DNA from: Bryobacterales bacterium
Lineage (GTDB): Bacteria; Acidobacteriota; Terriglobia; Bryobacterales; UBA6623
NCBI GenBank assembly: GCA_963422375.2
Contig: OY729428.2
Span: forward strand, 2,912,001-2,976,000
Direction: 5' to 3'
Length of the DNA: 64,000 bases
Both the position numbers and the translations under genes were made by a program. The notes beneath the pieces are model-generated. The model had not been told where the DNA came from. It was given only the letters and a program-made list of their open reading frames with translations, and searched no databases. Within the stretch, counting starts at the first letter, position 1. Every line of letters begins with the position of its first letter. Below are positions 51,024 to 60,522 of this stretch, in pieces.

Positions 51024-52012
51024 CCAGCTGGCCGACGCGTCTCGCAAACTTGTTAGCAGTCGCCGCATTCGCGGGGGCGGTAGCGCTGCTGGTCGCCGCG
51101 CTGCCGCTCGACGGGCTGATCGGCGCCTTGCGCGCTTGGGTCGCAGGCCTCGGCTTCTGGGCTCCGCTTGCTTACGCGCTCGCCTACGGCCTGGCCACGA
51201 CGGCCCTCGTTCCGGGATCGGTGCTCTCGCTCGCAGCCGGGGCCCTGTTCGGGCCGTGGGTGGCCACCGCCGTCGTGTGGACGGGAGCTACTCTGGCCAT
51301 CGCGCTGTCCTTCCTCGCGGCGCGCTACGTCGCCCGCTCGCGAGTGGAGGACTGGGCCCGCTCGAGCCCGCGGTTCAACGCGGTTGACCGGGCTATCGGG
51401 GAGCAGGGCTGGAAGATCGTCGCGCTGATGCGGCTTTCCCCGGCCTTCCCGTTCGGGCTGCAGAACTACCTGTTCGGCATCACCGCGATCCGCTTCTGGC
51501 CGTGCTGCGTCGCCAGCGCGGTCTTCATCCTGCCCGGCACGTTCCTGTACGTCTACGTGGGTTACGCAGGCAGCGAAGCGGCCGCAGCCGTCAGCAGCGG
51601 AGGCCGGGCGGACTGGCTGAAGCTCGGGCTGCAAGGCGCGGGCCTTGCAGCGACCGTCCTCGTCACGATCCTCGTAGCTCGCATTGCTAGCAAGGCCGCG
51701 GGCCAGCACGTGCCGGTCGAGTCCCCCGCAGGGAACGGCCGGGCCTTGAAACGCCCGGACAAGCCCACGGGCCCCGTGTTCCCGTGGATGCTCGCGGTCT
51801 CCCTAGCGGGCCTGCTCGCGAGCATCGTCGCATTCGCCCGGCGCGAGGCCATCCGCGACCGGCTCTTCCCGTCGCGCTTCGGACAGGTCGAGATTTGCGA
51901 ATCTCGAGGCAGGACGCGGGCGAGCCTCGAACTCGCTCGACCGCGACGCGGAGCCGGGGCGGGAGCCAGCGGGTCCGAGAGGCCCGTCCGCTCGGGCGGC
52001 AAGCCCGGCTGA
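51020..52012 (+). CDS. TVP38/TMEM64 (DedA/VTT) membrane protein
   Basis: VPGSVLSLAAGALFG, GATL..F..ARY, LMRLSPAFPF..QNY, LPGTFLYVY.G. TTG start overlapping the SDR stop. Confidence 0.85.
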   Translation: MTSWPTRLANLLAVAAFAGAVALLVAALPLDGLIGALRAWVAGLGFWAPLAYALAYGLATTALVPGSVLSLAAGALFGPWVATAVVWTGATLAIALSFLAARYVARSRVEDWARSSPRFNAVDRAIGEQGWKIVALMRLSPAFPFGLQNYLFGITAIRFWPCCVASAVFILPGTFLYVYVGYAGSEAAAAVSSGGRADWLKLGLQGAGLAATVLVTILVARIASKAAGQHVPVESPAGNGRALKRPDKPTGPVFPWMLAVSLAGLLASIVAFARREAIRDRLFPSRFGQVEICESRGRTRASLELARPRRGAGAGASGSERPVRSGGKPG

Positions 52013-52018
52013 GCCGCC

Positions 52019-53560
52019 ATGCCCGCGCCCATCGAGTCCCTGACCGAGGCCCGTCCGCTCGACCGGCACAACCGGCAGCTGGTTGCCAACGTCCACCCGC
52101 AGGACTGGAGGAATCCCGCACCGCGCAAGCGCTACCACATGGTAGTGATCGGCGCGGGCACGGCCGGCCTGATCACCGCCATCGGAGCGGCCGGACTGGG
52201 CGCGAGGGTTGCCTTGATCGAGCGGAGACTGATGGGAGGCGACTGTCTCAACGCGGGCTGCGTACCATCCAAGGCGTTGATCCGAGCGGCCGGCGTCGCA
52301 GCCGCCGTCAAGGGGGTCGCGGAATTCGGAGTGCGCCTCGCGCCGGAGGCGGCCGCGGTCGATTTCGGCGCGGTCATGGAGCGCATGCGACGGTTGCGCG
52401 CTGCGATCAGCGTTCACGACTCGGCCCGTCGCTGCAGCGACCTGGGAATCGACGTGTTTCTGGGCAAGGCGGAGTTCACGGCGCGCCGCCGAGTGCGCGT
52501 GGGCGAAGCCAGCTTCGAATTCGCCACGGCCTGCGTTGCCACGGGCACGCGGGCGGCCGTGCCGCCGGTCCGAGGCCTCGCGGAGGCCCGACCGCTGACC
52601 AACGAGTCGGTGTTCACGCTGACCGAACTGCCCGCACGTCTCGCCGTCATCGGAGGCGGGCCGATCGGCGTCGAAATGGCCCAGGCCTTCGCCCGCTTCG
52701 GCTCGCAGGTCACCCTCGTCGAGCGGGAAGAGCGCATCCTGCCCAGAGACGACCGAGAAGCCGCCGAAGCGGTCGCCGGAGCCCTGCGTCGGGACGGGGT
52801 GAGGCTCGAACTGCGGTCCGCGGTCGCGAGCGTCGCGGTCGAAGGCGACGAAGCGGTGCTAACCGTCCAGCCGATAGGCGGCGGCGCGGGAAAACCGGTT
52901 CGGGCGGACCGAGTCCTGGTCGCGGCAGGCCGGAAGCCCAACGTCGAGGACCTCGGTCTCGACCGGGCGGGGGTCGGCTATGACCCCGGCACCGGCGTGG
53001 TGGTCGACGACCGGCTGAGGACTTCCAATCGGCGCATCTACGCCGCGGGCGACGTATGCTCGGCCATCAGGTTCACGCACATGGCCGACGCGATGGCCCG
53101 CATCGTGGTCGGGAACGCGCTCTTCTTCGGCCGGTCCAAGGCGGGCGCGCTGCGAGTGCCTTGGTGCATCTACTCCGATCCGCCATTGGCGCACTTGGGG
53201 CTGTCCGAGAGCGATGCCGACCGGGACGGAATCCCGATCGACACCTACCGCACGGACATGGCCAGCGTCGACCGGGCGGTGCTGGACGGTCAGTCGGAGG
53301 GATTCGTGAAGATTCACTGCAAGCGCGGCACGGATTCGATTCTCGGGGCGACGATCGTGGCGCGACACGCCGGCGAAATGATCTCGGAGGTGTCGCTGGC
53401 AATGACCGCGGGCCTAGGGCTCAAGGCGGTCGCAGGGACGATCCATCCCTATCCGACCCACGCGGAAGCGATTCGCAAGACCGCGCTCGCCTACCAGAGA
53501 ACCAGGCTCACCCCTGCGGTGCGGCGCTTGCTGGGGGCGATCCTGCGCCTGCGGGGCTGA
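52019..53560 (+). CDS. Pyridine nucleotide-disulfide oxidoreductase (mercuric-reductase-like, no C-terminal CC)
   Basis: GAGTAG, GGDCLNAGCVPSK, GGGPIG.E, YAAGD, HPYPTHAE. Lacks the MerA terminal Cys pair. Confidence 0.88.
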   Translation: MPAPIESLTEARPLDRHNRQLVANVHPQDWRNPAPRKRYHMVVIGAGTAGLITAIGAAGLGARVALIERRLMGGDCLNAGCVPSKALIRAAGVAAAVKGVAEFGVRLAPEAAAVDFGAVMERMRRLRAAISVHDSARRCSDLGIDVFLGKAEFTARRRVRVGEASFEFATACVATGTRAAVPPVRGLAEARPLTNESVFTLTELPARLAVIGGGPIGVEMAQAFARFGSQVTLVEREERILPRDDREAAEAVAGALRRDGVRLELRSAVASVAVEGDEAVLTVQPIGGGAGKPVRADRVLVAAGRKPNVEDLGLDRAGVGYDPGTGVVVDDRLRTSNRRIYAAGDVCSAIRFTHMADAMARIVVGNALFFGRSKAGALRVPWCIYSDPPLAHLGLSESDADRDGIPIDTYRTDMASVDRAVLDGQSEGFVKIHCKRGTDSILGATIVARHAGEMISEVSLAMTAGLGLKAVAGTIHPYPTHAEAIRKTALAYQRTRLTPAVRRLLGAILRLRG

Positions 53561-53600
53561 TCGAGCAGCGAAGCGGGACCTTCGTCGGAGCCGAATCACG

Positions 53601-54302
53601 GTGCAACTGCCGATCTCCGTGATCATCCCCACGCTCAACGAGGAGCAGCAGATCGGCGGGACAGTGCGGGGGCTGCGCGGCAGCGACGTCGAGGAAGTGA
53701 TCGTGGTAGACGGCGGCAGCAGCGACGACACGCGCCGGATCGCGGAATCGACCGGTGCCCGCGTCCTGTGCGAACGCGCCAATCGCGGCGCGCAGCAGAA
53801 CCGAGGCGCGGGAGCAGCCAAGGGAGAGATCCTCCTGTTCCTGCACGCGGACACGGCCCTGCCTCGCGGGTTTGCCGATCAAGTGCGGGCGACACTCGCG
53901 CGCCCCGGGGTGAGCGCGGGCGCGTTCCGGTTCCGCCTGGACGGCCGCGGCTGGCGGCTGCGACTCGTCGAGCGGGCCGTGGGCCTGCGGTGCCGTCTGT
54001 TGCGCCTGCCGTACGGGGACCAGGCCCTGTTCGTGCGACGCGACACGTTCCAAGCGGCCGGTCGCTTCGCGCCCATCCAGGTCATGGAGGACTTCGACCT
54101 CATCCGACGCCTGAAGAAGCTGGGCCGGGTGGTTCTCGCAAACGGCGAGGCCGTCACCTCGGCCAGACGCTGGCGGCGCGAGGGCGTCTGGCGCGTGACC
54201 TGGACGCACCTCCTGTGCATTCTCGGCTATTTCCTCGGGCTGCACCCGGCGCGGCTGGCGCGCTGGCGGGACGCCGGCGCGCGGGCAGCGCCGCGCCCGT
54301 GA
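53601..54302 (+). CDS. GT2 glycosyltransferase, TIGR04283-like
   Basis: ISVIIPTLNEE, VVDGGSSD, LFLHADT, PYGDQALF, MED, TSARRW. Confidence 0.85.
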   Translation: MQLPISVIIPTLNEEQQIGGTVRGLRGSDVEEVIVVDGGSSDDTRRIAESTGARVLCERANRGAQQNRGAGAAKGEILLFLHADTALPRGFADQVRATLARPGVSAGAFRFRLDGRGWRLRLVERAVGLRCRLLRLPYGDQALFVRRDTFQAAGRFAPIQVMEDFDLIRRLKKLGRVVLANGEAVTSARRWRREGVWRVTWTHLLCILGYFLGLHPARLARWRDAGARAAPRP

Positions 54303-54381
54303 GCGACCGGATCCGATCCCCAAGTCGCAACGGCATTGCACAAACTAGAATGGTGGGCTGGCAGGAGTTGCCCGGCGGAGC

Positions 54382-54636
54382 ATGGCTAGCCTCGACGACC
54401 TCGCGCCGGGCACGACGGCGACGGTGGAGGAACTCCGCTGCGAGGAGCCCGACGCCGTCCGGCTGATGGAGCTGGGCTTCATCCCCGGCGTGGCAGTCTC
54501 GTGCCAGCGGGCCGTCCCGCTCGGTGACTTGGCGGTTTACCAGGTCGAGGGCAGCCAGATCGCTCTGCGCAGGGAGACTGCGGCGCGCATCCTCCTCTCC
54601 GAGACGCCCGAGCGGGGAGGGGACGAGCGTGCCTAG
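54382..54636 (+). CDS. feoA: Ferrous iron transport protein A
   Basis: LDDLAPG...RLMELGFIPG...PLGD...IALRRE.A. Confidence 0.9.
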   Translation: MASLDDLAPGTTATVEELRCEEPDAVRLMELGFIPGVAVSCQRAVPLGDLAVYQVEGSQIALRRETAARILLSETPERGGDERA

Positions 54637-56500
54637 CGCTGCGCCAGCTCCCTCCGGCGTGAGTGGTCCGAAGGGCTCGGGCCGCCGAGTCGTCGCGATT
54701 TGCGGCGCTCCGAACGTCGGCAAGTCGACCTTGTTCAACCGGCTGACGGGGCTGCACCAGAAGGTAGCGAACTATCCCGGCATCACGGTCGAGAAGCGCA
54801 TCGGCAGCCTCGACCTGCCCGCCGGCCAACAGGTCGACCTGGTCGACCTGCCGGGAATCGTCGGACTGCATCCCCGCTCGGAAGACGAGCGGATCAGCAT
54901 GAACGTGCTGCGCGGGGCGAGCGGGGCCCTGCCGAAGCCCTCGGCGGCAATTCTGCTGCTGGACTCGACGAACCTGCGGGCGCAGCTGCGTCTGGTTCCA
55001 GAAATTCTCGGATTCGGCATCCCGACCCTCGTCGTCCTCAACATGGCGGACGACCTCGCCGCCCGCGGCGGCAGCATCGACACCGAGGCGGTGGCCAGGC
55101 AGGTCGGTGCCCCGGTGGCGCTGGTGAGCGCGCGGCAAGGCACGGGCATGGACAAGATCGCGCGGTTTCTCGAAGGCACGCTCGACCCGCCTCCGCCGGT
55201 CCGCCTGCCGGTCCTGAACAACATACCCGCCGAGCGTCTCTGGGCCGGGGGCGTCGCCCGCGACGCCGGCTACCGCCCCCCGGAACCGTCGCTGTGGGGC
55301 CGCCGCCTCGACTCCGTCTTCCTTCATCCGGTCGCCGGCCCGCTGATTTTCCTAGTCGTAGTGATCGCGGTGTTTCAGAGCATCTTCACGCTGGCGGCCC
55401 CGCTGATGGACGCCGTCGATGCCGCGGTGGCGGGCTCGGGCGGCTGGCTCGGCGCCGTCCTGCCGGACTCGATATTGAAGGGACTGCTTCTCGACGGGAT
55501 CTGGGCGGGCGTGGGATCGGTGGTGATATTCCTGCCCCAGATCCTGATCCTGTTCCTCTTCATCGGCGTGCTCGAGGATTCCGGGTACCTAGCGCGGGCG
55601 GCGGCGATCGCGGACCGCTCGATGCGCGCCGTAGGGCTCGAGGGCCGCTCCTTCATCCCCCTGCTCTCCGCCTACGCCTGCGCCGTGCCGGCGATCATGG
55701 CGGCGCGGACTATCGAGAGCCAGCGAGACCGCTTGGCGACCATCTTTATCGCGCCCCTGACAACCTGCTCGGCCCGCCTGCCGGTCTACGCCTTGCTCAT
55801 CGCGGCGTTCGTGCCGGAGCGGCCGCTGGTCGGGCCGTTCCTCGGCACGAGGGCGGCCCTGCTCCTAGGCCTGTACGCGGCCGGCTTCGTGGCGGCCTGC
55901 GGCACGGCCTGGGTGCTGAAGTCCAGCGTGCTCAGGAGCAGGCCCGCGCCGTTCATGCTGCAGCTGCCGCCCTACCGCTGGCCCACCCTGCGCTCCCTCT
56001 CGCTCAGGCTGTACGACCGCTCGAGGATCTTCCTGCGCCGTGCCGGCACTGTCATCATGGCGACGACCATCGTGCTGTGGTTCCTAGCGAGCGTGCCGTA
56101 CTCCAACGGCGAGCCGCCCGAGATCGGCGACAGCGTCGCCGGGTCGCTCGGCAGGGCGATCGAGCCGCTGGTCGAGCCGCTGGGCCTCAACTGGAAGATC
56201 GGCATAGGGCTGATCACGTCGCTCGCGGCGCGCGAGGTCATCGTCGGCACGCTGGGAACGATCTACGGCATGGAGGGGGACGAGGACTCGCCCGCCCTGC
56301 AGGAGGCCCTGCGCTCGGAGCTGACATTCGGCGGCGCGGTCGCCCTGCTGCTGTTCTTCGCGTTCGCGATGCAGTGCATGTCGACGGTCGCGATCGTGCG
56401 CCGCGAGACAGGTGGCTGGAAGTGGCCGATCGCCCAGTTCGCCTACATGCTCGCCCTGGCGTACCTTGCCGGATTCGTTGCATACCGCATGCTGGGGTGA
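54629..56500 (+). CDS. feoB: Ferrous iron transport protein B
   Basis: GAPNVGKS, VANYPGITVE, DLPG, NMAD, FLPQI, LEDSGYLAR, ACAVPA, CSARLPVY, AAREV. Confidence 0.95.
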   Translation: MPSAAPAPSGVSGPKGSGRRVVAICGAPNVGKSTLFNRLTGLHQKVANYPGITVEKRIGSLDLPAGQQVDLVDLPGIVGLHPRSEDERISMNVLRGASGALPKPSAAILLLDSTNLRAQLRLVPEILGFGIPTLVVLNMADDLAARGGSIDTEAVARQVGAPVALVSARQGTGMDKIARFLEGTLDPPPPVRLPVLNNIPAERLWAGGVARDAGYRPPEPSLWGRRLDSVFLHPVAGPLIFLVVVIAVFQSIFTLAAPLMDAVDAAVAGSGGWLGAVLPDSILKGLLLDGIWAGVGSVVIFLPQILILFLFIGVLEDSGYLARAAAIADRSMRAVGLEGRSFIPLLSAYACAVPAIMAARTIESQRDRLATIFIAPLTTCSARLPVYALLIAAFVPERPLVGPFLGTRAALLLGLYAAGFVAACGTAWVLKSSVLRSRPAPFMLQLPPYRWPTLRSLSLRLYDRSRIFLRRAGTVIMATTIVLWFLASVPYSNGEPPEIGDSVAGSLGRAIEPLVEPLGLNWKIGIGLITSLAAREVIVGTLGTIYGMEGDEDSPALQEALRSELTFGGAVALLLFFAFAMQCMSTVAIVRRETGGWKWPIAQFAYMLALAYLAGFVAYRMLG

Positions 56501-56552
56501 CCGGGCCCGTGGATGCAGCGGGCGGCTCCTCTTCCGATGCAGCTCGAGCCGT

Positions 56553-57122
56553 TCAGATCTTGACAAGCAGGACGATGACGAACGCGGCGAACACGCCTAG
56601 CGCGGCATACTCGCGGTTGGCCCGGTAGAGAGCGGGATCGAAGCGCTCTCGCGAGTCGCACCCCGGCAGCATGGTCGGCACGAAGCGCGGCACGCGCTCC
56701 TCGTACCCGCTGTAGCCTGGCAGGATCTTGCGGAGATGGTCTTCCTCCTCTCCCACCACCGGGAGGTACCAGCACAGGAACACGATGACAATCGCGCCCA
56801 CGGTGGGAAGATGATTCGCGCTCGCGCCGAGCCCTACGGCCGCCAGGAGGCTCCCGACGTAGAGCGGGTTGCGCGAGTGCGCGTACGGGCCCGAGACTGT
56901 CAGCTCCAAGTTCTTCCGCAGGTGCCCGGCCGCCCAAGCCCGGACCGTCAGCCCCACCAAGGCGATCGGAATGCCAGCGGCCATCGCGCCGAGCGTCGGC
57001 TGGGCGAACCAGCACGCCCCGACAGCCAGCAGGACGCTCACAGCGACCCGGGATCTCGAGGCCAGCGCGGCCCAGCGCTTGCGCAGCGCGACCGAAGGCG
57101 GAGCTGATGCCTTGACTGGCAA
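56553..57122 (-). CDS. Isoprenylcysteine carboxyl methyltransferase / PEMT family membrane protein
   Basis: RAWAAGHL.K..ELTVSGPYAHSRNPLYVG, EEDHL...Y..Y..RVPRFVP. Confidence 0.85.
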   Translation of the reverse strand: MPVKASAPPSVALRKRWAALASRSRVAVSVLLAVGACWFAQPTLGAMAAGIPIALVGLTVRAWAAGHLRKNLELTVSGPYAHSRNPLYVGSLLAAVGLGASANHLPTVGAIVIVFLCWYLPVVGEEEDHLRKILPGYSGYEERVPRFVPTMLPGCDSRERFDPALYRANREYAALGVFAAFVIVLLVKI

Positions 57123-57455
57123 GTGTCTAGAACGCGCCGGAAGCCCTGATCGAAGCCTGCGCTACCTCCTTTTCTGCGGGCCCACGGGCCGGAGCGCGAG
57201 AACGACCGCCGGATGCCGCCGATGCATGTCCGTCGTCTCCGTTGCCGGCAGGCGGTGCCCGAGTCCCGACTGCGACCGAGGAGCGAGGCGCTGCCGGGAC
57301 CCCGACCGACCGACCCGGCCCCCCACCGTCAGCCGAAGGCTCTGCCGCGACGCAGGCCCTCGGCCATCCCTGCCGGAGCCAAGCCATTGTAAGTCAAGCG
57401 ACCGCGCACGCGGCTCGCCCGCCCGGTGTCGCGTCTGCGAGTACGTTGTGCGCGC

Positions 57456-58295
57456 ATGACGGTTGCCGATGCACTGCGGGATGCAGTCAGCACGCTTGAC
57501 GACCATGGCGTCGGATCTCCGGCGCTCACCGCCAGGGTGTTCCTCGGCGACATCCTCGGCCGAGACCAAGCCTGGCTGGCGGCCCACTCGGAGGAGCGCC
57601 TCGGGAAGGGGCGTCTCGCGGCATTCGAGGGAATGCTGCGGGCACGCTGCCAAGGCGTGCCGACCCAGTACATCCGGGGGATCCAGGAGTTCTACGGCCT
57701 CGAGTTCCGGGTCACGCCGGACGTGCTGATCCCCCGCCCCGAGACAGAACACCTCGTCGAGGCTGCGCTGGAGCGAATCGGACCCGGCGTCCGCGTGGCG
57801 GACATCGGAACGGGCTCGGGCGCGGTCGCAGTGGCGATCGCCAGGAACGCCCCCGGCGCCCGCGTCTGCGCGTCCGACATCTCCCAAGCCGCGGTCGGGG
57901 TCGCCCGCGCCAACGCGAACCGCCTAGGCGCGACGGTCGCTTTCTGCGTCGGCGACCTGCTCTCTTCATTCGGGAACCGGAGCGTCGACATGGTCGTGTC
58001 GAACCCCCCGTACGTGCCTTTGCGCGATGCCGGCTCGCTGCAGCGGGAGCTGCGTCACGAGCCCTCCGTCGCTCTCTATGGGGGCGAGGACGGACTGGCC
58101 GTATTGGGGCGGCTGTCTCGAGAGGCGCCTCGCGCCCTTCGACCGGGCGGCTGGCTGCTGGCCGAAATCGGCTACAACTCACGCCCGGGGGTGGAGCGCC
58201 TCCTAGCGATGGGCGGATGGGATGACCCGGTCTTCCTGCCGGATCTCTCCGGAATCGACCGCGTGGTGGCGGTCAGGCGACCATCCGACCCATGA
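57456..58295 (+). CDS. prmC: Release factor glutamine methyltransferase
   Basis: P.QYI.G.QEFYG, VLIPRPETE, DIGTGSG, SNPPY, EP..AL.GG.DGL. Confidence 0.95.
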   Translation: MTVADALRDAVSTLDDHGVGSPALTARVFLGDILGRDQAWLAAHSEERLGKGRLAAFEGMLRARCQGVPTQYIRGIQEFYGLEFRVTPDVLIPRPETEHLVEAALERIGPGVRVADIGTGSGAVAVAIARNAPGARVCASDISQAAVGVARANANRLGATVAFCVGDLLSSFGNRSVDMVVSNPPYVPLRDAGSLQRELRHEPSVALYGGEDGLAVLGRLSREAPRALRPGGWLLAEIGYNSRPGVERLLAMGGWDDPVFLPDLSGIDRVVAVRRPSDP

Positions 58296-58398
58296 CTGGG
58301 CGCCATTCCGTCCGCAAGCCGATGTGACACGATGGAGTCGAGCCTCGCGGCAGGCATCGGTTCGCCGAACCGGCGCGGCGCGCGAGCCGACGCACACG

Positions 58399-59643
58399 AT
58401 GAGAATCACCAGGGTCGAAGGGCTGCTGATGTCCTGTCCATTCGAGAGGCCGATCCACCTGCCCTTCCACGGTGGGCTGCGGACCGTTCTCAAGCGCGAC
58501 GCGATGCTCATCCGGGTCTGCACGGATGCCGGGATCAAGGGCTTCGCGCCGGGGCCCGCCCATGTCCGCGCGGTGCGCGAGATCGAGGGAACGATCGGTC
58601 CGTTCCTCGAAGGCAGGGATCCGACCGAGTGGAGCGACTTCGGCTTCCGGGCGGCCCTCGAGACCCAGAAGACCTACCATGCCGTCGAGGTGGCGGTCAT
58701 CGACGCCGCGGCCAAGGCCGAGCAGGCCACCATGTCCGAGCTTCTCGGGGGGCGCAAGCGGGAGCGCATCAAGTGCTACGGCTCGGCAGGCATGTACATG
58801 CCGCCCGAAGGGTACGCGGCGGAAGCCGCGGCCGTGCAGGCGCTGGGCTTTCCGGCCTACAAGCTGCGCCCCGCAGCCGGACCGGAGGGCGACCTGCGCA
58901 CGGCGGAGGCCGTCCGCGCGGCGACGGGACCGGGCTTCGGCATGATGCTGGACTGCCACGCGTGGTGGCGCATGGGCGACCGGAGCTACTCCCCGCAGAC
59001 CGTCGGACGGCTCTGCAGGGACCTGGAAGCGTTCAGCCCGTACTGGATCGAGGAACCGCTGCCTCCGGACGATCACCCGGGCTACAAGGCCCTTCGCGCC
59101 AGCCAGCCGCTGGCGCTGGCGTCGGGCGAGCACGAGCAGGACGAGAGCTCGTTCCGGGATCTGATCGCGTCCGGCGGCATCGACTTCGTTCAAATGGACG
59201 TGTGCTGCCAAGGCGGGTTCGCCATGGGCGAGCGGGTCTTCGCGGCGGCCGAGCGACAGGGCATCCGGTTCGCGTTCCACAGCTGGGGCACGCTGCTCGA
59301 GGTCATCGCGGCCGCGCAGCTGGGCGTGTGTTGGCCGGAGAGCGTGGTCGAGTGGCTCGAGTACCCCCTGCATTCGAACGGCGGCAAGCCCGGCATGTAC
59401 CCGTTCCCTGCCGCCGATGAAATCCTAGCGGAGCCGCTCCAGATCGAGAGCGGGTGCCTGCAGGTGCCGGACAAGCCGGGCATCGGCGTGGAGGTCGACG
59501 AGAGCGTCGCCGACCGTTACCCGTTCGTACCGGGCCCGTGGTCGATCTTCCGCATCGACTCTCCTCCGGAGACACTCGCAGTCGACGGCGACCACAGCGT
59601 CCCGTGGGTCGATGCTGACGGCGCCCTTGTGCAAGGCCGGTGA
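58399..59643 (+). CDS. Mandelate racemase / muconate lactonizing enzyme family protein
   Basis: N-terminal capping domain, YKLR, MLDCH, WIEEP, SGEH, QMD, FH. Enolase-superfamily metal ligands D/E/E present. Confidence 0.88.
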   Translation: MRITRVEGLLMSCPFERPIHLPFHGGLRTVLKRDAMLIRVCTDAGIKGFAPGPAHVRAVREIEGTIGPFLEGRDPTEWSDFGFRAALETQKTYHAVEVAVIDAAAKAEQATMSELLGGRKRERIKCYGSAGMYMPPEGYAAEAAAVQALGFPAYKLRPAAGPEGDLRTAEAVRAATGPGFGMMLDCHAWWRMGDRSYSPQTVGRLCRDLEAFSPYWIEEPLPPDDHPGYKALRASQPLALASGEHEQDESSFRDLIASGGIDFVQMDVCCQGGFAMGERVFAAAERQGIRFAFHSWGTLLEVIAAAQLGVCWPESVVEWLEYPLHSNGGKPGMYPFPAADEILAEPLQIESGCLQVPDKPGIGVEVDESVADRYPFVPGPWSIFRIDSPPETLAVDGDHSVPWVDADGALVQGR

Positions 59644-59675
59644 CGGAGCGCCGCCTCGACGCTCCGTCCCGTGGA

Positions 59676-59873
59676 CTAGTCGCGCGACATCCGGGCGCGC
59701 TTGCGGAGCCTCTTGCGAGCCAATGCCTGCTTCAGCCTGCGCTTCTCGCCGGGCTTCATGTAGTAGGAGTGCCGCTTCACATCCTTGATGATGTCTTCCT
59801 GCTGTACCTTGCGCTTGAAGCGGCGCAAGGCGACATCGAGCGGCTCGCCCTCCGTGACGTGGACTTCAGCCAT
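59676..59873 (-). CDS. rpsU: 30S ribosomal protein S21
   Basis: MAEVHVTEGEPLDVALRRFKRKV...YYMKPGEKRR. GGAGG RBS upstream. Confidence 0.95.
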   Translation of the reverse strand: MAEVHVTEGEPLDVALRRFKRKVQQEDIIKDVKRHSYYMKPGEKRRLKQALARKRLRKRARMSRD

Positions 59874-60522
59874 ATACCAGCAGCACCTCCCTTCCGGGAC
59901 AGTCTCGCCGAGGGGCGCCGCAGACCGCGGTCCGTCGCGCCCCAAGCTGCAGTATAGCCAACTGCGCCCGGCCTGTCGCGCGGGACCCAGCTCACGGCCC
60001 GCCCGGGGCTCGGATTTCGACTGCGGGCTTCGGAAGAGACGAGGGGCAAGGGCGAACCCTCAGATGAGTCTTGCGTCGAAACCGGATACCTAGCCTGACG
60101 GGCCGCGCCCGGAGTTAGGTCGCGCACTTGTGCGGAGGCAGGTCTCTGCGATTCAAGCGCTTGCCATCGTGCAGGAGACCAACGCGTCGATGTGCCGGCC
60201 GGCCAGTCTCCTGGCGCATGAAGTTCGGCGACAGGCATCTACCTGCAGCGAGATGCCGTAGCCGCCAACCAGTTGGGTATGGCCTTGTCGCCGGAGTCGG
60301 TCAGCCCAGGCCCCCGTCGGTGCGAATGTCAACGTACGAGCGAACGCATGCCCGACTTCGATGCCCGGGAGAAGGCCGGATTCGTTGCATCCGCCGACTG
60401 CTTGCGATGGATCTCCCGCCGAGCTTCCCTCGACCATGCGAGCACGAGAGCGGCGTGCTAGGCTGCCCTGCAGCCCCGGCTCGACACCGGCGACGGGGGC
60501 TTCCGGCCCGGCGGTGCCAACA

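Noticed and set aside
52019..53560. Calling this gene merA
   Set aside because: No C-terminal Cys-Cys pair, no NmerA domain and no mer operon genes nearby.
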